Origin: an uncultured bacterium
GTDB taxonomy: Bacteria; Vulcanimicrobiota; JAJTBE01; CAYNGH01
Length of the DNA: 64,000 nucleotides
Assembly (NCBI GenBank): GCA_964396845.1
Contig: CAYNGH010000002.1
Coordinates: 17,760-81,759, forward strand
Direction: 5' to 3'
The number at the start of each line of letters is the position of its first letter. Position 1 is the first letter of the stretch. The notes below the pieces were generated by a model that worked only from the letters and a program-made list of their open reading frames with translations, was not told the origin of the DNA and did not search any database. Of this stretch, positions 10,122 to 18,479 are shown piece by piece. A program made the position numbers and the translations under genes.

Positions 10122-10231
10122 TCAAGTCCACCATTTTCACTATTTTTTTGCAATTATTGATGTTGTCGGGATCCTGATATCTCTCATCATAATAATCGGC
10201 CAAAAGAGCATCCATTAAAGACGGCTTTAAA

Positions 10232-12187
10232 TCATGATCCTGCGGATTTTACCATGTCCTGAAGATTTATAACCAGAACTACGCTTCCGTCGCCCTGAAT
10301 ACAAGCACCGGCAATTTCTCTGATATTTCTCAAATAATTACCTATGGTCTTGATGGCAATCTTCTGTTTGCCAACAATTTCATCAAAACCCACCGCCATT
10401 TTTCTGTTGAACCCATTTACTACCGCCACAAGAAACGTGCCATCTTCATGGTTTTCCTGGGGACTGATTTCCATCACATCACAAAGCTGTCTGAAGGGGA
10501 TTATGCTTCCGTTGTATGTAATAACCCTCTTGTGGAGTATCGGTTTTAGCTGTTCCTTTCTGATTTTCATGATTCTTTGAATTCCGTCGGTGGGTATGGC
10601 AAACATCTCACTGCCGGCCCGGACAATCAATGTATCAACCATCGAAAGGGAAAGAGGAAGTCGAATGCTGAAGGTTGTGCCTCTTCCCTTTTCTGTGTTG
10701 ATTTTTATGGTTCCGCCATGTTTTTTAATGCTGGTGCGAACTACATCCATTCCAACACCCCTGCCGGAAATTTCCGTAACTCGTTCTGCAGTGCTGAAGC
10801 CGGGCATAAATATGTAGTCGAGGATTTCCTGTTTTGACATGAACTGAGCCTTCTCCATGGACACAAGCCCTTTTTCCACGGCCTTGTTCCGAATAACATT
10901 GTGATCAATACCCCTGCCATTGTCTTCAATCTCAATCACCACTGAGTTGACATCGTTAAATGCCTTGAGCCATACGCTTCCAGCGGGGTTCTTGCCCTTT
11001 CTTCTTCTTTCATCAGGATAATCGACTCCGTGATCCACGGCGTTTCTGATAAGATGAACCAGGGGATCCTTCAGGCTTTCAAGAACAACCCGGTCAATTT
11101 CTGTGCTTTCTCCGATGATCCTCACGTTTATCTGTTTATCCTGTTCTGATGCCAGAGTTTCGATAACTTTTCTAAACTGCCGGAACAGTGATCTTATGGG
11201 CATCATTCGTAATGATAACAGCTGGTTGTAAAACTGTTCCGTCAGCTTTTCAAAGAGTATTGCCAATCCGTTCATTTCCTTGCCATATGCCGTCAGCATG
11301 CGATCCTGGGTAATCTCCTGCTTCAAGTTCAATATCTTCATTTTAAGGGTAATCATTTCCCCGATGCTGTTCATCAAGCCATCAACTTTTTTTATGTTCA
11401 CCTTCATATTTGACTGAAGTGGAGAATCGCCGATTTTACCCCTGCCATTGTCATTGCGATATTTCTCGCCATTGGTGCTCTCCTGGGCGGAAGAATCATC
11501 CCACTGATTCACAAACTCCCTGATTTCCCAAATCAATGTTTTTATTTCCTCAATTATTGATGTTATACCATGTCCATTCTCTCCTGCAATGATATCCTCA
11601 AGGTTGTTTTCGATCTTCTCTGCAGTCAGATTCAGACGTTCATGTCCGATGAAAAGTGTAGCTCCCTTAATGCCTTTCATGGCGCGCAATATATTGGCAA
11701 CCACGATTATATCCGATGAAGGAGTGAACATGGGAAGATATTCTTGAACTGTTTTAATATGTTGTTCGGCAACTTCCTGAAACAACTCCATCTGGCTTTT
11801 CGACTCATCCCTGCCTGGAATTTTGGCACCTGCCAAGTTGTCCTCCGCCGATTCTCTGGAAAGATTGTCGATTTTCTGTTTCAAGACAGCAATTGACATG
11901 ATCAGCTTGTCATACAGGCTCAATCCCTTGTCCTGGGTAGATTTTTTCATTTCAAGAACCAGCTCTCTGACCTGATCAATCTCTGTCATCAAGCCATCCC
12001 GTCCCAACATGAAAGCACCTTCATAAATACTCCCTAAAACCATGGAAAGCTCTTCTAACAACTTCTTATCCGATGGATCCCGGTTGAGCATTTTAATTAA
12101 AACATTGATCTCATCAACATGCCCCATGGACTCGTCCATAAAATCCTTGAGTATTTCCAGTTGTAATTTTCTTTGAAATTTAATCAT
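10232..12187 (-). CDS. cheA: CheA histidine kinase with complete catalytic (P4) and CheW-like (P5) domains but two Hpt-like domains lacking the phospho-accepting His
   Basis: N box HLIRNAVDHG, G1 IEDNGRGID, G2 GRGVGMDVV and a CheW-like C-terminus are present. The Hpt-like segments read LGSIYEGAFMLG and RAMKGIKGATLFIG, aligning to AAHSIKGGAGTFG with His replaced by Gly and Lys. Confidence 0.85.
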   Translation of the reverse strand: MIKFQRKLQLEILKDFMDESMGHVDEINVLIKMLNRDPSDKKLLEELSMVLGSIYEGAFMLGRDGLMTEIDQVRELVLEMKKSTQDKGLSLYDKLIMSIAVLKQKIDNLSRESAEDNLAGAKIPGRDESKSQMELFQEVAEQHIKTVQEYLPMFTPSSDIIVVANILRAMKGIKGATLFIGHERLNLTAEKIENNLEDIIAGENGHGITSIIEEIKTLIWEIREFVNQWDDSSAQESTNGEKYRNDNGRGKIGDSPLQSNMKVNIKKVDGLMNSIGEMITLKMKILNLKQEITQDRMLTAYGKEMNGLAILFEKLTEQFYNQLLSLRMMPIRSLFRQFRKVIETLASEQDKQINVRIIGESTEIDRVVLESLKDPLVHLIRNAVDHGVDYPDERRRKGKNPAGSVWLKAFNDVNSVVIEIEDNGRGIDHNVIRNKAVEKGLVSMEKAQFMSKQEILDYIFMPGFSTAERVTEISGRGVGMDVVRTSIKKHGGTIKINTEKGRGTTFSIRLPLSLSMVDTLIVRAGSEMFAIPTDGIQRIMKIRKEQLKPILHKRVITYNGSIIPFRQLCDVMEISPQENHEDGTFLVAVVNGFNRKMAVGFDEIVGKQKIAIKTIGNYLRNIREIAGACIQGDGSVVLVINLQDMVKSAGS

Positions 12188-12582
12188 TATGAAGCCTTTC
12201 TACCTCTGCTACCAGAAATCAACATCTCAATATATGCAAGCAGAGAATCAGGATTTGGAGGTTTTACCAAGTAAAGATCCGCTCCAAGACGGATGCCTTT
12301 CCGTTGATCTTCTTCATTGGCCTCGGTTGTAAGTATAATGATTGGCAAATACTGATAGGCCTTCTCTTTCCTGATTGATTTTATCAGTCTGTAGCCGTCC
12401 ATTTTTGGCATATTTATATCAGTAATCACAAGATCATAATTACTGCTGTAGATTTTTTCAAGTGCCGACAACCCATCATTGGCAGTGTCAACCTCATAAT
12501 TATTCAGCTTCAGGATATATGCCAGGATATCCCTGATTGTCCTGGAGTCATCCACCACGAGAATTGTTGCCATCAAACACAC
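12187..12582 (-). CDS. cheY: CheY-like response regulator
   Basis: 131 aa receiver domain (ILVVDDSRTIRDIL, DLVITDINMPKMDGY, YLVKP); 1-nt overlap with the downstream cheA start. Confidence 0.8.
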   Translation of the reverse strand: MCLMATILVVDDSRTIRDILAYILKLNNYEVDTANDGLSALEKIYSSNYDLVITDINMPKMDGYRLIKSIRKEKAYQYLPIIILTTEANEEDQRKGIRLGADLYLVKPPNPDSLLAYIEMLISGSRGRKAS

Positions 12583-12611
12583 CTCATAAAAATTGGTTTC
12601 TTGTATTGCTT

Positions 12612-13439
12612 TTATTGTTTCTGATAAATAATTCCGTTGCTAAAACGGCAAATTTTGAATGCTGTGCTAATTCTGCTCATAGACTCGGAATGTCCCAGAA
12701 AAATATGACCCTCGCTTCTGAGGCTGTTGTAAAGATGCCCCACCACCTGTCTGCGGGCTTTCTGGTCAAAGTAAATCAGAACATTTCTGCAAAAGACAAT
12801 ATCAATATTTCTAATATTTGCAGCCTGCTGGCTATCCATCAGGTTCAGATAAAAGAAACGAACCAGCTTCTTCAATCTGGGATCAACCTCATATGTGCCA
12901 TTGTTTCCAATGAAATATTTGGAAAGATAGTAGCTGTGGACTTCCTTGAGAGCCCTGGCAGAATACTTGCCCTTCCTTGCAGTATCAAGGACCTGATGAT
13001 TGATGTCACTGGCCAGAACCTGAATGTTCCAACCATCGGTGTCCGGGAGGTTCTCCAGTATATTAATGGCTATGGAATAAGGTTCTTCTCCGGTGGAACA
13101 AGCTGCGCTCCATATTTTGAGGGTCTTGCTGTTCTGTTGCTTTTTTTCCAGAATCAGCCTCGGCAATAACTCTTCTCCCAATATCTTCATCTGTGCAATG
13201 TTTCGGAAGAAGTATGTTTCATTTGTTGTTATTATTTCAATAAGCCTGTTGACCTCATTTCCCCGCATGTCAAGACGGAGAAGGCGGTAATAATCCTTAA
13301 GGGTTTCACAGTTTAATTCTTCCATTCGACGGGCCAGTCGTCGGCCCAGCATATACTTCTTGCTGGGGGAGAAGAATATGCCGGTCTTGTCATAAATAAA
13401 ATCCCGAAACAATCTGAAGTCATCCGGATTGAGATTCAT
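12612..13439 (-). CDS. cheR: Chemotaxis protein methyltransferase CheR
   Basis: 275 aa; CheR N-terminal helical domain plus SAM-dependent MTase motifs (KIWSAACSTGEEPYSIAI, VLASDIN..., IVFCRNVLIYFD). Confidence 0.9.
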   Translation of the reverse strand: MNLNPDDFRLFRDFIYDKTGIFFSPSKKYMLGRRLARRMEELNCETLKDYYRLLRLDMRGNEVNRLIEIITTNETYFFRNIAQMKILGEELLPRLILEKKQQNSKTLKIWSAACSTGEEPYSIAINILENLPDTDGWNIQVLASDINHQVLDTARKGKYSARALKEVHSYYLSKYFIGNNGTYEVDPRLKKLVRFFYLNLMDSQQAANIRNIDIVFCRNVLIYFDQKARRQVVGHLYNSLRSEGHIFLGHSESMSRISTAFKICRFSNGIIYQKQ

Positions 13440-15376
13440 TCTGCATCACCATCCTCTCCCAGGACGCCAAGAATCATCCGGGCGGTGCTTTGAACCTCGT
13501 AATCCCTGGAATATAGCATTCTTCTGATGGCTTCCATACCCTGACTTCCACCGATTCTCTGGAGTCCTTCCAGGGCGGCCACCTGAACAATTGATGAAGA
13601 TTCAACATCAAGACACTGGTTGAGCACTTCGACACAACGGGGATCCTTCAAATTACCAATGCCCCGGACGGTTTCATATCTCACCCAGACATCATTATCA
13701 CCCAGCAATGGAACCAGGTAATCCAGTGCATCGGGAGGCGCCAGCCGACACAGAACATTAATCGCCTTCATCCTGACTTCGTTGTGTTCGTCATTCAAAA
13801 CAGGTATTAAATATTCCACAGGCAGGGGGCCCGGCATTCTTGAGAGAACTGCTATGGCATATTTTCGAACCTGCCAGTTGCTGTCATTTAATGCGATGAT
13901 GATGTCATCAAGATATTCCGCCGAAAGAAAAGCATGGGTCAATCCATAGGCTGCGGTGGATCGGACTTTTTCATCCAAATCATGAAGAAGCGACACAAGC
14001 TTCCGGTTCACGTGGCTTCCGCCAATTTTAGAGAGGGCTTCAGCAGCTTCAAATCTCACGTCTTCATACTCATCCCGCATTAATTCAAACAGATCCTCCA
14101 GGGCCTCACAAATTTTCATATCACCCATGGCCTTTGCCGATGCCCTTCGGACGTGCCCCAGAGAATCATGCAGTAGCGGAATAAGACGGCCTTTAATCGA
14201 CTCAGCACCGATTTCTGTCAGGGCATTCAATGCCTCCAGCCTGATATCGTCATCCTGGGAATCCAGAACAGACAGGAGAAAGGGGATTGGCAACTTTGAC
14301 GAGGATTGACCAAGAACCCTTATGAAATACCCGGGATTCTTGGTTTTACTAAAGTTGAACTGTTTTAAAATCGACCTGACACACTCTTCACCAGGCTTAT
14401 TAAAAATCTCCCGGATTATCCCAGGAAGCTCATCTCTGGACATGGCAAAACTGACCACGGGGTCAATCAGCTCATCTGGCCCCATCAATGACAGAATGTA
14501 TGCCGACATGCCACTGATGTCCCGATCCTTGCTTTCCAGGTTTGACAAGATGATTGAGATGTTGTTGTGCAGGTGATCCAGGCTGTCCCGGTCAAATTCT
14601 AACTGAAACCGGCGACATATATTTCCCACTGCAAAGATGATGTAGGAATCCACCAGGCCCTTTTCCTTGCCCAGCCTAACTATCAGCAGTTTTACAGTGT
14701 CCATGTTCCCTATTCGAGAAAGCTTTTTTAGCACAGCCAGGGACACTGCAGCACTTCCTTCATCAAGAACATCAAGTAGAACGGGAATAATGCCGGGATC
14801 ATCAATATTTGACAAAGCTTCGATTGCAAAAATTTTCACCCACGGGTCTTTTTCCTGTTGAATCTTCTTAATCACCGGCTGGACTTTCCGGGGATCATTT
14901 ATTTTACTCAGGCTTTCCAGAGCTGCTGTGCACACATTAATATCCCCATCTTTCAGAAGCGGAATCAAATGTTCAACACTGTTTCCACTGCCGATATCCC
15001 CGAGAATATTTATTGCAAACTTCCTGACATCACTGTCCCTGTCATAAATTAAAGGAGTAACCCCAGGCAGGGCAGATTCTCCAATCTGACCCAGGATTGC
15101 AATGGCATCGTTTCTCAACCTGACATCACTGTCACGAAGGTATTCCACAAGAAGAGCAATAACCTGAGGATCCTCTGTCGCCGACAATGTATCAATTAAT
15201 ACCTCCCGTGAGCCTCCCCGGACATGACGAAGTTGATCAACAAGTTTTGAATATTCTTCTTGTTTAGTTTCACCAACAGGCTTATTATCAAACACCTGTG
15301 AACTTTTCCGGTCATGATAGTCCGATTCCCGTATGACTTTTTCTGTTTTTGTACCTTTCAACCTCAACACTTCCAA
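13436..15376 (-). CDS. HEAT-repeat (PBS-lyase-type) protein embedded in the che operon
   Basis: 646 aa made almost entirely of ~30-aa repeats of the form D-x-D/N-x-x-VR-x-x-A-x-x-AL-x-x-IG; stop codon overlaps the cheR ATG (ATGA). Confidence 0.7.
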   Translation of the reverse strand: MEVLRLKGTKTEKVIRESDYHDRKSSQVFDNKPVGETKQEEYSKLVDQLRHVRGGSREVLIDTLSATEDPQVIALLVEYLRDSDVRLRNDAIAILGQIGESALPGVTPLIYDRDSDVRKFAINILGDIGSGNSVEHLIPLLKDGDINVCTAALESLSKINDPRKVQPVIKKIQQEKDPWVKIFAIEALSNIDDPGIIPVLLDVLDEGSAAVSLAVLKKLSRIGNMDTVKLLIVRLGKEKGLVDSYIIFAVGNICRRFQLEFDRDSLDHLHNNISIILSNLESKDRDISGMSAYILSLMGPDELIDPVVSFAMSRDELPGIIREIFNKPGEECVRSILKQFNFSKTKNPGYFIRVLGQSSSKLPIPFLLSVLDSQDDDIRLEALNALTEIGAESIKGRLIPLLHDSLGHVRRASAKAMGDMKICEALEDLFELMRDEYEDVRFEAAEALSKIGGSHVNRKLVSLLHDLDEKVRSTAAYGLTHAFLSAEYLDDIIIALNDSNWQVRKYAIAVLSRMPGPLPVEYLIPVLNDEHNEVRMKAINVLCRLAPPDALDYLVPLLGDNDVWVRYETVRGIGNLKDPRCVEVLNQCLDVESSSIVQVAALEGLQRIGGSQGMEAIRRMLYSRDYEVQSTARMILGVLGEDGDAE

Positions 15377-15393
15377 TCTGAGCTCTGAGGGGA

Positions 15394-16458
15394 TTAAATT
15401 TTTAGCAATGACACAAGAATTTCTGTAACTTGACTGTCGGGAACAATTATGTCCGCAAGACCTGATTCAATAACAGACCTGGGCATTCCATAAACAGTGC
15501 ATGTGCTGGAATCCTCAGCTATGGTAAGACCTCCTGATTTGCGGATTTCCCGCATACCCCGGGTGCCGTCACTGCCCATTCCAGTCATTATGATTCCCAC
15601 TGTATCGCTTCCATACACCTTTGCCACCGATTCCATCATGATGTCCACCGAAGGCCGATAAATCACATCTTCAGGAAATCGACTCAGGCGGATCACCACT
15701 CCCTTGGAAAGTGATGTGGTAACTGCTGTCAGATGTTGATCCCCCGGGGCAATATAACACACGGAACGTCTGACTCTCTCGCCATTTCTGGCTTCCTTCA
15801 CATTTATCCCACAGATGCTGTCAAGCCTGTTGGCCAGGGAGCTGGTGAACCCCGCAGGCATATGCTGGGTCAAAAATATCGGCGCTGGAAAATCAGCAGG
15901 AATCATCGGAAGAATCTCAAGAAGCTTTCTGGGCCCTCCGGTAGATATGCCAAGAGCAATGGCAGGGTTGATAAAATGCCTTTTGAATGCATTCATGTTC
16001 CCAGTTTCGGCAACAGGCTCTCTATAAATCGTTACACTCCCTGATTTCAAAGGCTTCTTCCTTCTTCTCAAGGCAGCAGAACGAATCTTGATAATCAGAT
16101 CCCTTCGAAAATTATCAACATCCTGTCGATTCGACATAAAAGGCTTGGTGATAAAATCAGAATGCTCATCAAGTGATGTCTTCAAGTCAAGCTCTGCTTC
16201 CTGCCTTGACATTGAACCGATGAAAATCACCGGAATCCTTAACACCTGCCGAAGCTGTTCGATAATACTCCTTCCGTTGTTCCTGAAAAGCTCCATATCC
16301 AAAGTCATCACATCAGGATTGAGGGACGCAGCCTTTTCAAGAGCCTCATCGCCGTCCCCTGCAAGACCTGCAACAACAATCCGGCGATCGCTTTCCAGAA
16401 GCCTCTTGATCCGTTTGCGAATCATTTTGGATTCATCAACAACAACAACAGATATCAT
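15394..16458 (-). CDS. cheB: Chemotaxis response regulator protein-glutamate methylesterase CheB
   Basis: 354 aa; N-terminal receiver, C-terminal methylesterase with ALGISTGGP, TGMGSDG and AEDSSTCTVYGMP motifs. Confidence 0.9.
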   Translation of the reverse strand: MISVVVVDESKMIRKRIKRLLESDRRIVVAGLAGDGDEALEKAASLNPDVMTLDMELFRNNGRSIIEQLRQVLRIPVIFIGSMSRQEAELDLKTSLDEHSDFITKPFMSNRQDVDNFRRDLIIKIRSAALRRRKKPLKSGSVTIYREPVAETGNMNAFKRHFINPAIALGISTGGPRKLLEILPMIPADFPAPIFLTQHMPAGFTSSLANRLDSICGINVKEARNGERVRRSVCYIAPGDQHLTAVTTSLSKGVVIRLSRFPEDVIYRPSVDIMMESVAKVYGSDTVGIIMTGMGSDGTRGMREIRKSGGLTIAEDSSTCTVYGMPRSVIESGLADIIVPDSQVTEILVSLLKI

Positions 16459-16507
16459 CTATCATCACCGGGTTCCGTCAACTTTTAGCCAAGAGGTAAA
16501 CAAAAAA

Positions 16508-18460
16508 TCAACTGGCCTTCCCTTCATCGGCACTGTCTGGCTCCAGACATGTCAGCTCATCATCCAGACAGGAAACACCGCCGAGATTTGTTCCACTCAA
16601 GTCTTCAACAGTATTCAAATCCTCCGGGGACTGTTGGATATTATCCCCTCCCGAAGAATCATCAATCTCACCAATCTTATCAATCTCATCAATCTCATCA
16701 TCGTCATCAGAACCCATTTGAGCCAGCAACTGCTCCTGCAATGCTCTCAACTGCTCCTCCTCAGACAGCTCGATAGTGGAAAAATCTGTCTTCCCTTCAT
16801 CTGATCCAGATAAAGAATCATCACGGGAATCTGAATCCACCACAGGCAATAAATCATCAGCAACCTTCTCTTCCAAGCCGACTTCCCATAAATCATCCTC
16901 GGCACCAGGGGCATCGGAATTCTTATGGACAACATCAATTGCTGAATCATCATCAATAACATCCTGGGGCGATTCCTGTTGCAGGTTTAATATGCCGGCC
17001 ACATTTAAAATTATAACAAACCGCTGACCGCCATTCATTTTTCCAATTCCTTCGATAAACGAAGCATCGATTTCTGAGATTATCTCCGGGGCAGATTCAA
17101 TGCTGTCGGCGGTCAACTGAATCACTTCAGAAACCGAGTCAACTATCAAGCCGGAAACCCGGTTCTGACAGGTCACCACAACAATGCGATCGGAACCGCT
17201 GGGTTCTTTCCAATCAAGCCCGAATCTGCTGCGAAGATCAATCACCGGCAGAACATCTCCCCGCAGGTTGACCACACCCCGGACATAATCTGGTGAGCCT
17301 GGCACTGCAGTTATATCAGTCAGGCGGATTATTTCCCGGACATTTCTGATATCAACACCAAATTCTTCATTGCCAAGCCTTAAGCTGACCATCTGCCTGA
17401 TTTCCAATGAACCTCTCTCCTTTGCCGGATGCCGGTTGGCCCCGACTGCATCCGCTGATTTTTCATCAATCCCGGAAATATCCGAACTGCAGGTGATACT
17501 ATCTGAATCAAGAATCAAAACAAGCCGGTTTCCGCCCTCAAGCTTTCCTATTCCCTGAAGCCTGCCATCCAGGGCAACAGTTTCCGGCGGATCCTCAATC
17601 CGATCCCTGGGAATACTGACCACCTCATTGACCATATCCACCAGAACCCCCGACAGAACTCTTTCGCCATTCACATCCCGGCGAAGGATGAGAATCCGGG
17701 ATCGCTTGTCTATGGGCGACTCTGTCATGCAAAAATAACTGCAAAGATTAATAACAGGCATCACCTTTCCCCGGATGCTTATGATACCGGAGATAAATCC
17801 CGGAGCCTCAGGAACTCTGGTAATCCGGGGAATCTTGATAATCTCCTCCACCTTGTTGATATCAACGGCATACTCCTCGGCCCCCAGCTGAAAACTGACC
17901 ATCTGAACATCATGATTCAATCCTGCCGACTCCGAATCGTCAACGCCGTCAATCCCTGCCGGATAATCAAAAGAAGAATCCATATCATCGGAAACATCAT
18001 CTATTCTGGTTATTGTATCGAGATTTAATATGGAAATTAATCGCTGGCCGGATTTGTGTTTGCAAATCCCCTTCAGACTGCCGGAGCCTGACTGGTATAG
18101 TGACGGGGGAGGCAGTTCGACTTCCCCGGAATTAATCCTGAGGACTTCGGAAACCGAATCCACAACCAGGCCCACTGGGGTATCGTCATAACTTGTCACC
18201 ACAACCCGGTTGGAAGGCCCATGGTGAATCTCCTCCATGTTCAGGCGTTTCCTGGTGTCAATGATTGGCAGGATCTGTCCCCGGAGATTGACAACCCCCT
18301 CCAGATAATGAGGAGCCCTGGGCACCATAGTTATGCCCGGCAACTTGATAATCTCCTGAACATTTCCAATCTCAATGCCGTATTCTTCTCCACCAAGACG
18401 AAATGTTACAAGCTGTTCAATGTTTCTATTTTCTGACAGAGCCGGGGACATATGAACCAT
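16508..18460 (-). CDS. Triple CheW-domain coupling protein with acidic C-terminal tail
   Basis: 650 aa; three successive CheW-like domains (each containing LRG-x-xxPVIDLR-like and GxxVDxVxEV motifs) followed by a D/E-rich tail (DDDDEIDEIDKIGEIDD...). Confidence 0.8.
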   Translation of the reverse strand: MVHMSPALSENRNIEQLVTFRLGGEEYGIEIGNVQEIIKLPGITMVPRAPHYLEGVVNLRGQILPIIDTRKRLNMEEIHHGPSNRVVVTSYDDTPVGLVVDSVSEVLRINSGEVELPPPSLYQSGSGSLKGICKHKSGQRLISILNLDTITRIDDVSDDMDSSFDYPAGIDGVDDSESAGLNHDVQMVSFQLGAEEYAVDINKVEEIIKIPRITRVPEAPGFISGIISIRGKVMPVINLCSYFCMTESPIDKRSRILILRRDVNGERVLSGVLVDMVNEVVSIPRDRIEDPPETVALDGRLQGIGKLEGGNRLVLILDSDSITCSSDISGIDEKSADAVGANRHPAKERGSLEIRQMVSLRLGNEEFGVDIRNVREIIRLTDITAVPGSPDYVRGVVNLRGDVLPVIDLRSRFGLDWKEPSGSDRIVVVTCQNRVSGLIVDSVSEVIQLTADSIESAPEIISEIDASFIEGIGKMNGGQRFVIILNVAGILNLQQESPQDVIDDDSAIDVVHKNSDAPGAEDDLWEVGLEEKVADDLLPVVDSDSRDDSLSGSDEGKTDFSTIELSEEEQLRALQEQLLAQMGSDDDDEIDEIDKIGEIDDSSGGDNIQQSPEDLNTVEDLSGTNLGGVSCLDDELTCLEPDSADEGKAS

Positions 18461-18479
18461 CCTTTTTTGCGGGGGCTTC

